In this document: positions 41,860-52,803 of the stretch, piece after piece
Numbering within the stretch: the stretch's first letter is position 1
Layout of the letters: every line of letters begins with the position of its first letter
From: an uncultured bacterium
GTDB taxonomy: Bacteria > Chloroflexota > UBA5177 > JANWHV01
DNA length: 64,000 bases
Assembly (NCBI GenBank): GCA_963827235.1
Contig: CAWHAE010000009.1
Span: 224,001-288,000 of the forward strand
Direction: 5' to 3'
Position numbers and translations under genes: made by a program
Notes under the pieces: model-generated
Databases searched by the model: none
What the model was told of the DNA's origin: nothing
The model's input: only the letters and a program-made list of their open reading frames with translations

Positions 41860-41944
41860 TCCGTGCCTTGTCCGGTTCCCTCCTGCCTGGCGTCTCTGCA
41901 TGTCGTTGCAGGCGCTCTGCTCATGGACCACACCGTGCGAGCGT

Positions 41945-41998
41945 ATGTGGGGAGGCGTCGTCCCCATGTATGGGGTTAGATGTGGGGATTTGTAGGGG
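41945..41998. promoter_or_regulatory. Array of ATGTGGGG-like boxes
   Basis: Copies at 41945, 41968, 41980 and 41991, including the palindrome CCCCAT-GT-ATGGGG (41962-41975). Confidence 0.5.
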
Positions 41999-42101
41999 TG
42001 GCAGATGCCGGACAGGCCGATACCCCGCGAGCCTCGCGACGGAAGACCGGGTTAGCGAGTAGCGGGACGCTGCAGTCTGCTCGGGCAGGGCTGGGCCGTG
42101 A

Positions 42102-44130
42102 CTATAACAGACCCAGCTCTGCTGCCCGATCGACCGCCGCCCGGCGGTTGACAACGCCGAGCTTCGCGTAGATGCGCTTGGTATGGGTACGGACGGTGCT
42201 CAGGGCGACCACCAGCTCACGGGCGATCTCCGGCCCGGAAAGCTCGGTCTTGAGCAGCCGGAGCACGTCGCGCTCACGGTCACTGAGCGGCTCGATGAGG
42301 GGCGCCGCGGCGCGGGATGTGGGGAGCGACGTGTCGCCTGCGCGCCGCTGTTGCTCCGCTGCGCCATCGGTGGGCCTTCGTCCACAAAGGTGCGGACGTA
42401 GGCTCACAGGTGCGCATTGCCTCGTGGAGACGACCCTGCGCAATCCGAATATCCGCCAGGGCGATGACGCCACCGACTGCGTCGGAGATGTGCCCGGCCT
42501 TCTGCACCCTCGCCATGCAATCGGCATACGACCGGTGCGCTGCCTCGAGATCCCCGCTCGTCCAATAGGCGAGCCCCAGGAGCCCCGCTGCCGCTCCCCG
42601 CCGGAGATGGTCATCCTTAGGGACGAGGTCAGGCATCCGTAGGGCGTGGGTCACGGTGCCGGCCACATCGCCCACGGCCAGGGCACGTGCGGCACGGTTC
42701 AGGGCGATCGTACCAGGCAGACCGCGAAATTCCTCTTCATCCACGACGACCATCTCAGCCGATGCGGCGTCCGGTCGCCTTCCCATGTCTGCCGTCGTGG
42801 CCAGCCACCGTTCGGCGTCCCGTAGCCGGGTATCCACTCCCTCGAGCTCGCCGCGAAGCAGTAACGTGCCGGCATAGTGCACGCTGAGCACGGGCCTGCT
42901 GGGGAACAGCTCGCCCGGGAGCGCCTTGAGCCAGCCAAGCACCGTGGCCTCGTGTCGACTCCGGCGCATGGCCGGCACTGCCCGTTCGATTAGGCCCGCT
43001 GCCCGCGCGAAATCCTCGGCGGCCAGCGCGTGGCGGATTGCCCCGGCCGATAGACCGTTCTGCTCGTACCATTCGCTCGCCCGTCGATGCCGTGGAGCTA
43101 CCTGATCGGGCTGCTCCGCCTGCAAATGCGCAGAGAGCACGTCGCCAAAGAGGTGGTGGTAGCGGTACCAGCGGCGCTGGTCATTCAGCGGCACGACAAA
43201 GAAGTTGCCGCGCTCCAGAGCCTGCAGGAGCACGTTGCCTCCCTCCTGGCCGGTAACGGCATCGCACAGCGCACCATGTAGCCGGTCCAGCATGGCGGTC
43301 TGCAGCAAGAAGCGGCGGACATGCTCCGGCTGACGCTGCAGGACCTCTTCGACCAGATAGTCCACGATGTACCGGTGGTCTCCGGCGAAGGCTCGGATGA
43401 ATCCGGCAACATCCTGCTGGCCCTGCAGGGAAAGCGCGGCCAATTGCAGGCCGGCAATCCAACCTTCGGTGCGGTCTTCCAGGGCAGCAATGTCCGCCGG
43501 GGAGAGGCTGAGGCCCATCACAGCATTGAGGAATTCGGCCGCTTCGCCGGGTGTAAACCGCAAGTCGGCGGCGCGAAGCTCAGTCAGCTGCCCCCGCGCG
43601 CGTAACCGGGCCAGGGGGAGCAGCGGCTCTTCGCGGGTGGCGATCACCAGGTGCAGGTGCAGCTGCGGCGGCAGGTGCTCGAGCAGAAAGATGAGGGCAT
43701 TGTCAACCGGTTGGGCATCAATCAGGTGGTAGTCGTCAAGTACCAGGAGGAGCCCGTCCGGGAGGGCGGCGATCGTGTTGAGCAGGTTCGTCAGAATCGC
43801 GTCGGTCGGCGGTGGCTGCGCGGAGGGCAACGCCTCCACCATACTGTCTCCACGCTCAGTCGCAATCGTCTGTACAGCAGCGACCAGATAGACCAGAAAG
43901 CGTGCGAGGTCGTTATCCCCGTCGTCCAGCGACAGCCAGGTGGTCGGTCGCTCGATACCCTCGACCCATGCGCCGAGCAGCGTGGTCTTGCCAAAGCCGG
44001 CCGGGGCGGCGATGAGGGTTATCTTGCGGTGCAGTCCCTCATTCAGCCGCTCGATCAGTCGGGGGCGGGGGACAAGCGTGGGCCGGGGTCGGGGAATGAA
44101 GAGCTTGGTGATCAGCACCGGCGTAGGCAT
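42102..44130 (-). pseudogene. MalT-like ATP-dependent LuxR regulator with internal deletion/frameshift near 42400
   Basis: TKLFIP, APAGFGKTT, LVLDDYH, TEGWIAGLQLAA, YRYHHLF; LuxR HTH (EPLSDRERDVL...TVRTH...IYAKLGV..R..AV) lies in another frame and part of the TPR region is missing. Confidence 0.8.
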
Positions 44131-44395
44131 GGATTGAACCCCTCAGGCGGTACCTCGGCGTTTGCTTCCGCAGTCTCGCGTACGCCTGACCTTTGGCGAC
44201 GATGGCACCACTACCGAGAACGATCGCCTGGAGCAGTGTAAGACTATGAAGTATACCCACGCGGTGGCAAACCGTCCGATATCCAAGCGCAGGCAGCCGG
44301 CTCAACCTTGCTGCTGAAGTCTGAACTCTTGCCGATATCCATGCGCCCACGCCGCGCTCTTCTGTATGAGCTAGCTTATTGGTTGTACTGGTACC

Positions 44396-44818
44396 CTATT
44401 CTCTTTTCTCTCCTCTGAAAATCCACTGAACGCCGTACTTGTCATAGAACTGACCATACGTTCCAAATGGCATTTCATGCAATTCCTGAAACCTATTTTC
44501 TGCTGCTCCTTCTGCCAGCTTATCGAACACTGCCTTCAGTTCATCATACGTTCCGCCAATGACAAAGATTGCAGAGGTATTGCCCTGCTTGGGCTCAAAG
44601 TCGGGTGAAGCCATCCAATCTGCCGCGGATACTTCAATAGCACCGCTCTTGAGATGTGCATTGATAATCCTGCTGTGCTTATCTGGTGGAAACTGTGCTT
44701 TCATAGGAGTGTCTACAAGCCTTAGCAGCCTCAGTTCTCCTCCAAGACACCTGCGATAAAAGGTCATTGCCTCTGCACAGTTGCCGTCAAATAAGAGAAA
44801 TGGCGTACAATGTAGCAC
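44396..44818 (-). CDS. PhnB-like VOC family protein
   Basis: PFLLFDGNCAEAMTFY..CLGG, MPFG.YG...DKYGVQW; low GC. Confidence 0.9.
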   Translation of the reverse strand: MLHCTPFLLFDGNCAEAMTFYRRCLGGELRLLRLVDTPMKAQFPPDKHSRIINAHLKSGAIEVSAADWMASPDFEPKQGNTSAIFVIGGTYDELKAVFDKLAEGAAENRFQELHEMPFGTYGQFYDKYGVQWIFRGEKRE

Positions 44819-45099
44819 GACCTTTTCCTCCTCGCGTACACCAACGCTAATATCGGGGCGATACCGTTACGTTAAGGGCGCCACTTGGGACCAAGGCCAA
44901 CCGCCGTCGAAATACTCGGGCGACGATGCCGCCTTGGACCGTGACTACGGCTACCGAAATCATGCCACCGTTCATGCATAGCGCGCTACTACTGGTGCCA
45001 TCGACCGCCACGCTGCCGGCCGTCAGCGTGCCGCCGTTGAGCAGCAGGTGACAGGAGTTCCCGTCCTGGCTCAGCGCAAGCAGGGTTCCGGCCGTGAAG

Positions 45100-45320
45100 T
45101 GCTTGATCATCAGCGAGCCCGCCAGGTAGCTGATCGTGTAGTTGGCCGCCGTGGTACCTGTGCAGGTAACGATGTATGTCTCCGCTGGCATGCTCGTACC
45201 GACGGTCCGGCCGCGGCCGTCGAGAGCAGTGCAGGCAAGTCCGCTCAGTACGGCAGGCGCGTCCCCGTTCAGGAAGCCAGCATAGCTCGCATCCAAGGGC
45301 GGATCCGCGCCGCCGAATGG
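45100..45320 (-). pseudogene. MBG-type adhesin domain remnant
   Basis: FGGADP.L..SY.GFLNGD...VLSG...Y......AANYTISY..GSL.I. Confidence 0.65.
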
Positions 45321-45459
45321 GCGACGTCCAGCCGGTCTTGTGTGCGTACAACACGGAGTTGTCTCTGCACCCGCTGCGCCGTCTAGGTGCGTCAGCTCGG
45401 GTGGATCGGGCAGTTCGCAGTCTTGCGTGAGGAGCATGGGGGTCTGGCGAAGGTCAACA

Positions 45460-46272
45460 CTGCGGGGACTGGGAGATAGCTGGGGTATTGCTACCGCACT
45501 CCATAATCTCGGAAGCGTGGCGCATTTTCAAGGCGCGTATGCTCGGGCGACGGTGTTGCACGAGGAAGGACTTGCGCGACGCCGGGAGTTGAGTGACAGA
45601 TGGGGTATCGCCGCCTCACTGCTCAATCTGGGGAAGGTGGTGCTCGACCAGGGCGACCACAGTCGGGCTGCTGCGTTGTCCGAGGAATCATTGGCGCTGT
45701 ACCGGGAGCTTGGGGACAAGGGAGGCATCGCCAACTCGCTCAATAGCCTGGGAACGTGGGCGTACGTGCTGGACGACTTCGGCCGGGCGGTGGCACTGCA
45801 TCAGCAGAGTCTGACCCTGAAGAGGGAGCAAGGAGACGAGGGTGGCATGGCGGCAGCGCTCAACTCCCTGGGGAGGGCTGTAGCTGCGCTGAGCGACGCC
45901 GGGCGAGCCACCGAGTTGCAGATGGAGGCCCTGGCTCTCTGCCGGGCAATAGGTGATAAGCGTCTGAGCGCGCTCTGCCTGGAGGCATTGGCCGGAATAT
46001 CCAGCACCCAGGACCGGCCCGAGCGCGCCGCACGGCTGCTTGGAGCTGCCGATGGCGTGCGCAGCCGCATCGATGCTCCCCTTCCCCTGAACGAGCAATT
46101 GCACCATGAGTGTCTGAAAGAATCAGTGCGCGTCCAACTTAACGAAGCGACGTATGGGGCGGCATGGGAAGCCGGGCACGACATGAGCCTGGACGAGGCC
46201 ATCGACTTGGCGCACAGCGCAGATTGGCCGGCTGAGCTGGTCAGCGAGGTATTGCCAGCGCTGGAAGCTTGA
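45460..46272 (+). pseudogene. C-terminal TPR region of an ATPase/TPR regulator; 5' part missing
   Basis: Repeats of LGD.WGIA.SL.NLG; CLEALAG...ERAARLLGAA...AW.AG..MSLDEAI. Confidence 0.75.
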
Positions 46273-47031
46273 CGGGTCCAGTCGTGGCGACGACATTTGA
46301 CTGCCACTGCGATCCAGTTTGGTCATTTGGTCGCGCAGCAGAACCGTCCCCCGCTGAATGACGCGGTTGCCTTCCGTGCTAGGACCACGTCTGAACCGAG
46401 AATGCCTCCCGCACTTCCGATCGACTGCATAGTCGTCACATCGGCGCTGCGTGACAAGATCGCGCTGACCTTGCCGATCACGCAGGCTTGTCGTCGTCTG
46501 GCAGTACAGTCTGTGCACGGCCCGAGCCAGTGCATCATTCGCGTGATCCAGGATTGCTGCGTCTGCACGCTGCGACACAGATGCACATGTGCGAGGTCAT
46601 GCCCACAACCGCCGGCTCAGCCGCGAGAGTTCTCGATTTGGCCGCTCTCCCACCCATACACACATCATCCGAGCGCCACAGTGCGGCAAGAGTGCGGGAA
46701 CTGTGCGGGATCTCTTCATGGCCGGGCGGATAAAACACGTTCAAACTGAAGAATATACGGTAACAGCTCAGAACTGGCTCCCTACAGGGCCGAAAGGAGC
46801 AGCCACCTTCGTCGATACGCGGTCGAAGATCCGGTCACGGCCAGCACGGCCTTCGACCCGGCAGCCACGTATGGTCCCGGCTCGGCCCGCGCCTGCAAGC
46901 GCGTGAGCGCCTGCCGGAAAGCACCATCACGGCGTGCGGGACCGCAACATGCTCCCAGTGGTGCGGCGCGACCGCACGGTCTACCCCAGGTAATTCTTCG
47001 AATGGCATGTCCAGCAGACAGGATAAACATT

Positions 47032-48762
47032 ATGCGCACACGACTGCGATTCTCGACCCTCTCGACTCTTCGGCAGTACGTCGTCCTACTTCGTGGTGCC
47101 GCCTGCGCGCTCGTTGTCGTCTGCACGCTGGCTTTGGGTGCCGGCGCTGTGACCGGGCCGCACGCATACGCCGCGGCGGCTTGCAGCCCAACGACGACGC
47201 CCACGGCCGACGACACGCCACCTGCCGACTTCTCCAGCGACGCCAACATCATCGGCAACTTCACCGCGGCCCGGCAGGCCGAGGGATGCGCGACGACCTT
47301 CACGCTGCCCGCGGGCTTCGATGGGCTCTCGCCGCAGCAGCAGATGCTGGCCCTCTTCAACACGGAGCGCGCCGACCGCGGACTGGGCGCCCTGCAGCTG
47401 GACGGCACGCTCCTCTCTCAAATCTCGCTCAACCACAGCCGCGAGATGGCGCAGTACGCGTACTTTGACCACCCCAGCCCGATCAATCAGCCGACCGGAG
47501 TCTTCGCCCGGTTCACCGTCAACCCGGCAATTGCCCATGCAAGCCACGGTGAGGGCGAGAACATCTCGGCCGGCCAGTCGACGGCGGCTTCGGCGGTTTA
47601 CGGCTTCATGTACCAGGATTCGCAGTCAGCCTGGGGTCATCGGCACAATATCCTGGGCAACTTCGATTGGGTGGGCATCGGCATCGCCCCGGGCACGCCT
47701 ACCAGCCCGTTCACGCCGTACTACACCGACGACTTCCTCCAGGACTCGCCCGCCACGCCCTACACGCCCCCCGCAACCGCCAACACCAATGCGCCCAGCC
47801 TGAATGCGCCGACCCTCGCGGGCTCGGTTGCCACGGTGACCAACGTCGTCGAGCAGGGCGACCCGACCGCCATCACCGGGGTGGTGTTCTACACAGGATC
47901 GATTGTCGAAACCGGGAACACCTTCAACACCGTTGCCGCCACCAACCAGGGAAACGGCACCTGGACGGCAACGCTCCCCGCAGGAGCCACCGGCGCGCTG
48001 CACGCCATAGCCGTCGACGCCAGCGGTAACTTCACCGATGTCGCCATCGCCGGCGCAACCGCTCCCGGAGGCGGTACGGGCGGCACTGGCGCCTGCACGC
48101 CGGACGGCACGGTCTGTCTCACGAGCTTCACGGCCAGTAGCACGGCGCCTGCCGCGGGCACAAGCGTGACGCTGACCGCATCGACCAACATCGATCCCGG
48201 ACCGACCATCTGGTTTGTCGATATTGTCGATGAGAACGGCGCCATTCTCACGAGCTGCGGCTCCGGCCTGAGCTGCACCGCCACCGCGTCGTCGGCCGGC
48301 GCTGCGACGCACCAGTACACGGCACGGCTGAGCACCTCGTCGTCCAGCATCAGCGCAGGTGCGCCGACATCCGCCACGGTCGCCGTGACCTGGAGTGCAG
48401 CCGCCGGTGGTACCGGTGGCACGGGTGGCACCGCCGCTCCCGGCGGCGCAGGCGCCTGCACGCCGGACGGCACGGTCTGCCTGACGAGCTTCACGGCCAG
48501 CAGCACGACGCCTGCCGCGGGCACAAGCGTGACGCTGACCGCATCGACCAACATCGATCCCGGACCGACCATCTGGTTTGTCGATATTGTCGATGAGAAC
48601 GGCGCCATTCTCACGAGCTGCGGCTCCGGCCTGAGCTGCACCGCCACCGCGTCGTCGGCCGGCGCTGCGACGCACCAGTACACGGCACGGCTGAGCACCT
48701 CGTCGTCCAGCATCAGCGCGGGCGCGCCGACGTCCGCCACGGTCGCCGTGACCTGGCACTGA
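47032..48762 (+). CDS. Secreted CAP (SCP) domain protein with two near-identical C-terminal Ig-like domains
   Basis: N.ER..RGL.AL, HSREM...YFDH, GENI, GHRHNIL, VGIG; two ~102-aa repeats with four Cys each. Confidence 0.85.
   Translation: MRTRLRFSTLSTLRQYVVLLRGAACALVVVCTLALGAGAVTGPHAYAAAACSPTTTPTADDTPPADFSSDANIIGNFTAARQAEGCATTFTLPAGFDGLSPQQQMLALFNTERADRGLGALQLDGTLLSQISLNHSREMAQYAYFDHPSPINQPTGVFARFTVNPAIAHASHGEGENISAGQSTAASAVYGFMYQDSQSAWGHRHNILGNFDWVGIGIAPGTPTSPFTPYYTDDFLQDSPATPYTPPATANTNAPSLNAPTLAGSVATVTNVVEQGDPTAITGVVFYTGSIVETGNTFNTVAATNQGNGTWTATLPAGATGALHAIAVDASGNFTDVAIAGATAPGGGTGGTGACTPDGTVCLTSFTASSTAPAAGTSVTLTASTNIDPGPTIWFVDIVDENGAILTSCGSGLSCTATASSAGAATHQYTARLSTSSSSISAGAPTSATVAVTWSAAAGGTGGTGGTAAPGGAGACTPDGTVCLTSFTASSTTPAAGTSVTLTASTNIDPGPTIWFVDIVDENGAILTSCGSGLSCTATASSAGAATHQYTARLSTSSSSISAGAPTSATVAVTWH
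48088..48756 (+). repeat. 306-bp intragenic direct repeat, 363-bp period
   Basis: 48088-48393 versus 48451-48756, about 7 mismatches by eye. Confidence 0.95.
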
Positions 48763-48777
48763 GTCTACAAGCACGGA

Positions 48778-48818
48778 GCCGGTCGGGATCATCGAGGCAA
48801 TCCCGACCGGCCTGTTTC
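48778..48818 (+). terminator. Intrinsic terminator-like hairpin
   Basis: GCCGGTCGGGAT / ATCCCGACCGGC 12-bp stem followed by CTGTTT. Confidence 0.7.
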
Positions 48819-49120
48819 CCCGTCACCTGGGATCGGTACGCGGGATGGCTGCTCTTGCGGCGCGCTCTGCGGCCCCGATGCATGTGTCGAGTCTTGAGAT
48901 TCTCGTTCAGGCATGTTCAAACAATAGGGAGTTGAGTCCATGGAGGAGGTGCTACGACGTCGCAGCTACCGGCTTATCGCTGGTGGCGCGCTGCTGATGT
49001 GAGGAACTCAGCGGCACACCGTCGTGTTTTGGTCAAACGCTCGTATCCGCGCTACAGAGAGAGCCTCAGCGCGCGCCAACGTTGCCGGCGCGCCGACAGA
49101 GTCAAGAGAGGGAGTACGCC

Positions 49121-49687
49121 GTGAAACAACCCATCGCGCGAACCGTGGCTGCCTGCGCATTGCTGCTCGCCACGTTTATGGCCGCGTCGCACGCGCCTGC
49201 CACTGCCGGCTCATCCTTGAAGACGTACCGAGACAATGCCAATCATTTTACCTTTCAGTATCCTACGAGCTGGGCGCTGGATTCGAAACTCTCCGACATT
49301 TCCAGGGTTGCGGCCTCGGTCGGCATCAAGAGCGGCGTGGCGGTAGCTCCTTCCGACAACGCGGCGTATTTCGCGGTGCTCGTGAAGCCCTCCGGCACGT
49401 CTCTGGCAGCGCAGCGCAGCGCGGACACTGCCCTCATCAAAGAGGGAGTGACGATCATCGGATCCATCCACTTCAAGGACATGTCGGCCGCCTTTGGCGG
49501 TAACGCACTGGGCGCGGGCGCAACCGTGCGTTTTGACGCCTCACATTCCGGCTGGGTGACGGTCCAAGCGTACGTCCACCATAGTAGGACCTATTACAAC
49601 CTGCAGTCCGAACTGACCACTCCCACCATATCCAGCGCCGAGAACCAGCAGATGAAAGCAGTGGTCACCAGCTACGTTTCCGACTGA
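49121..49687 (+). CDS. Secreted protein, PsbP/Mog1-like
   Basis: GAGGGAG RBS, GTG start, signal peptide, KTY.D....FTFQYP.SW. Confidence 0.65.
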   Translation: MKQPIARTVAACALLLATFMAASHAPATAGSSLKTYRDNANHFTFQYPTSWALDSKLSDISRVAASVGIKSGVAVAPSDNAAYFAVLVKPSGTSLAAQRSADTALIKEGVTIIGSIHFKDMSAAFGGNALGAGATVRFDASHSGWVTVQAYVHHSRTYYNLQSELTTPTISSAENQQMKAVVTSYVSD

Positions 49688-49786
49688 TCGGCTGGCGCGC
49701 TGCACCACAGCGTTGGAGAGATCCCATTGCCGGCCTGCACCGCGCCCAATGCGGACGACGTTCCGCTGGCGTGTCTGCATGCAACT

Positions 49787-49930
49787 CTAGATCGTGTTAT
49801 CCGCTTTGCTTGAGGAGTGGGCAGCGCGGTGCAACAGCAGGCAGATGAAGGCGGCGAGGCGCATTCCTATCAGGTTGGCCTGCAGCCGTTCGTAGTCCTT
49901 GGCCAGACGACAGACGGAGTGCGCTAGCCG
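49787..49930 (-). mobile_element. IS5-family 3' end remnant
   Basis: RLAKDYERL.......LAAFICLLL transposase C-terminus ending at CTAG. Confidence 0.7.
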
Positions 49931-50084
49931 ATACGGGGTCGTGCTGAGATACGTGCAAAAAGAGGAATTAGGCCGATACGACGCCATCAGGTGCGCCTGA
50001 CTCCTGTACAGACAGCGTCATATTTCCATCCAGCGGGGTCGGCGGCACGTCCAACTGCACGAGGCAAAAGATCGTGCGAACGAC

Positions 50085-50230
50085 CCGACCGTATCGCCCT
50101 GGTCCATGCCAAAGACCACGACCGGTCCCTCGCCAAGGATGTCTGCTGTGGCAAGGGCGATGTGCCGTGGGAGGATGCCTTCGCCGCCTTGCGCGGCGTG
50201 GGCTGCGACGACAACCTGATGGTCGATACT
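50085..50230 (+). pseudogene. Sugar-phosphate isomerase/epimerase (TIM barrel) remnant
   Basis: RIALVHAKD...G.GDVPW...FAALR..G. Confidence 0.6.
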
Positions 50231-50347
50231 CCGGCCCGAGCCGGCCGGGCACTGCCCTATCGTGCTGCCGGTCTCCATGCCGCCGAGACGAGCCTGCGCT
50301 GGCCGACCCGCTACCCCTGATGTGAGGGTCTGCGCGGCGACCGCGAC

Positions 50348-50728
50348 ATGTTCATGATCTGGCAGGTGAACGGCGGCGGCAAGACCATGCAGGACTTCGG
50401 CAGCCAACCCATCCCGGTCCCCTATCTCAAGTTCATGGAGCGGATGCCGCTCTGGCACAAGACCGACGACTACATCTTCGTGCATGCCGGCCTGAAGGTC
50501 GGCGGCACGCCGGCATCCTCCAGCGCCGAGGACCTGCTCTGGCAGCGCGAGCCGTTCCTCTCCAGCCCCTACGATTGGGGCAAGCGGGTGATCTGCGGCC
50601 ACAACATTCAGACGCAGGGCCCCCTGGTGATGTCCAACAAGATCTGCATCGATACCGGCTCCTTCCTGCCGGCCGGCACGCTCACCTGTCTGATCCTGCC
50701 CACCCTCGAGTTCGCCTGCGCCCACTAG
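50348..50728 (+). pseudogene. C-terminal half of a calcineurin-like Ser/Thr phosphatase
   Basis: W..NGG..T, YIFVHAG, LLW.R..F, ICGH, ICIDTG; the DxH, GD and GNH motifs are absent. Confidence 0.75.
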
Positions 50729-50859
50729 GCCAATAATCGTCAAGGACGCAGGGCGGCTGCAACCCGCTCGAGCCGGGCGCGCTACCCGGATTGGCCTCCA
50801 ACCCGCTGTCATCTGTACGCGCTCCACATGCTATCCGCATACTGAGCGAGCGCACTTAA

Positions 50860-50903
50860 CAGCAAGAAGCCCCCGGTCATCACTGGCCGGGGGCTTCTTG
50901 CTG
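50860..50903. terminator. Bidirectional terminator between convergent genes
   Basis: 20-bp stem CAGCAAGAAGCCCCCGGTCA / TGGCCGGGGGCTTCTTGCTG with loop TCAC. Confidence 0.8.
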
Positions 50904-50911
50904 CGTTCTGG

Positions 50912-51364
50912 TCACTTCTTGGGCGGCATGATCGCCTGGCATTGGCTAAACTCATGCACGGCGAGGGCGTAGTCATAGCGCGCAATGAACGCCGGTTGTC
51001 CGTTGTCCAACGGTATCTGCCAGGCCGCTAGGAACACTGCATCCATGTTGCCGAACGCGCTGATCAGCAGACCTTCCTGCTTCTTGTAGTGGGTGTATTG
51101 GGTCGGGCGTCTGTCCCAGTAGTACCACTCCTGATCTATCGTGTGGTAGTCGGCAACGGCCTGCTGGGAGAACTGTTGCTCAGAGATGTGGCCCACCTTC
51201 AGGCCGCTGGACAAGGTGTTCCACAGGGTTATTGCTTGCAGGACTTGCGCATGTTGCGCCCACAAGTAGACACGCTGTTTGGAGACTGACCAGCCCTGGG
51301 CATGAGCGGGCTGCGCGGCGGATAGGAGCAAGAAAACGGCCAGGATCGCGGCAATTCTCTTCAT
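50912..51364 (-). CDS. Secreted hypothetical protein
   Basis: GGAGG RBS; signal peptide MKRIAAILAVFLLLSAAQPAHA. Confidence 0.7.
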   Translation of the reverse strand: MKRIAAILAVFLLLSAAQPAHAQGWSVSKQRVYLWAQHAQVLQAITLWNTLSSGLKVGHISEQQFSQQAVADYHTIDQEWYYWDRRPTQYTHYKKQEGLLISAFGNMDAVFLAAWQIPLDNGQPAFIARYDYALAVHEFSQCQAIMPPKK

Positions 51365-51486
51365 GTCGGGCACCTCCACAGCCCAAGTATAGCCCGGCTC
51401 GTTTCGCCTGTGAAGCACTCCCGCGCCCAATAGCAAGCCCCCAACCACGGTTGATGGTTGGGGCTCTCTGCTTACTGCTTGGGCTC

Positions 51487-51615
51487 TTACTGCGCGGCCG
51501 GCAGGCGCTTCTGCAGGTCGTCTACCTCGTTCAGCAACGCCATGATCACTCCGCAGAGTGCCTTGGTGCTGTGGTCCTTTTTGGTTTGGGCAATGTCGCG
51601 CACGGATTCACGAAG
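51487..51615 (-). pseudogene. 3' end of a gene cut off by the adjacent IS
   Basis: Manual translation LRESVRDIAQTKKDHSTKALCGVIMALLNEVDDLQKRLPAAQ-stop, abutting the IS remnant. Confidence 0.4.
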
Positions 51616-51619
51616 TACA

Positions 51620-52640
51620 GTTACAGTTGTCGGTCACGACCAGGATCGCGATCCAGGCGGGCGTGGTGGCCGCCGCTGCTGGCGCCGGGCAAGGGTGGCC
51701 TGGCGCCGCTCCTGGAGGAAGAGAAAGTAGTCCTCGGCCGCCAGATAGGCGACGTGCTGCCGCGGCGTCCAGCGCGCGGGGCGGAGTCGTGCCTGCCGCT
51801 CGCGGCACACATCGCGCCAGGCCGCGTCCTCCTGCCGGCGCTGCTGCCGGAGCGCGCGGTCCGCCCCGTGCTCCGTCGCCTCCTGGCATCGCTGCCGAAC
51901 CGTGCGCACAGGCGTGCGCGGCGCCGACCGCCACACGAACTCCCGCATGGCCCGCTCATAGGCCGTCTCCAGGTTTGCGAATACCTGGCCCGGCCAGGTC
52001 CGTTCCGCGTCGCTCGCGCTCGGGCGCGGCCCATACACCACGAGCCGGCCCGACGACCCGCTCACCACTGGCAGGTGCGCCGCCACCGCATGCACCGCCG
52101 GCACGAAGCACAGGTCCACATTCAGGGTTTGGCCGGGCTCGTCGGCGGTGCGGTTCTCGCCGTTCGACCCCCCCTCTTGCCCGGCGCGCTCGGCGCAGGT
52201 AACAACCCGGCAGCGCGCAGGATGCGCTGCACCGTGCTCGCACTGACCAGCGGCACCCACCCGTGCGCCTTCGCCAGCTCCGCTGCCAGCCGGCGTTTGC
52301 CCCACGCCGGCTGCTCCTGCCGCAGGGCAACTACCTGCGCGACCACTGCGGGTGCTGTCCGGTGGGGCTGGTGCGGCACCTGGCTGGCGAACTGCTCCAA
52401 GGCGGGGTAGCCCCCCGCCAGAAACCGCGGCTTCCAATAATAGAAGGTACGTCGTCCGACGTGCGCCACCCGACAGGCCCGCGCGACGTCACCGGTCGCC
52501 TGCCAGGTCTCGAACAAGAGCCGTCGTTGGGACGGCGTCGTGCGGGGGAAATGCGTCCGTGCCATGCGGGTCACCTTGGTCTTAGCCGGCGATCGCGAGT
52601 CCTGCTCCAGGTCCGCTCAGCATGGCACACCGCTCCGTAA
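51620..52640 (-). mobile_element. Truncated IS481/IS630-like element with two overlapping ORFs
   Basis: HTH ORF 52122-52574 (ACRVAHVGRRTFYYW..RF...G, P.WG.RRLA.EL, STVQRIL); -1 frame ORF with PGQTLNVDLCF begins near AAGAGGGGGGG. Confidence 0.7.
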
Positions 52641-52803
52641 TGTGCAATATCCGATGAGCCCTAACAGCCCTTCGTGGCCGACACGCCACGGAACATGACT
52701 ATCCCCGCCAACGGGGCGTCGACAGCAGTGACGTCACCACGGTCGAGGCGCTCGCCGCAGACCTGCGTGCTCGCCGTATTCTCGAACCTTGACCAATCGC
52801 GAG

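Noticed and set aside
41945-41998. G-quadruplex interpretation of the GGGG runs
   Set aside because: Possible, but the conserved flanks and the inverted copy fit protein-binding boxes better
48088-48756. Repeat as a CRISPR array or a diversity-generating retroelement TR/VR pair
   Set aside because: In-frame domain duplication with mostly synonymous differences; no reverse transcriptase, spacers or cas genes
48893-49002. GTTCAG/GTTCAA repeats and a 20-codon ORF
   Set aside because: Irregular spacing, and the ORF is too short to support
52650-52690. CCGATGAGCC...GGCCGACAC, hammerhead-like
   Set aside because: Invariant core positions deviate and stems I and III are not evident
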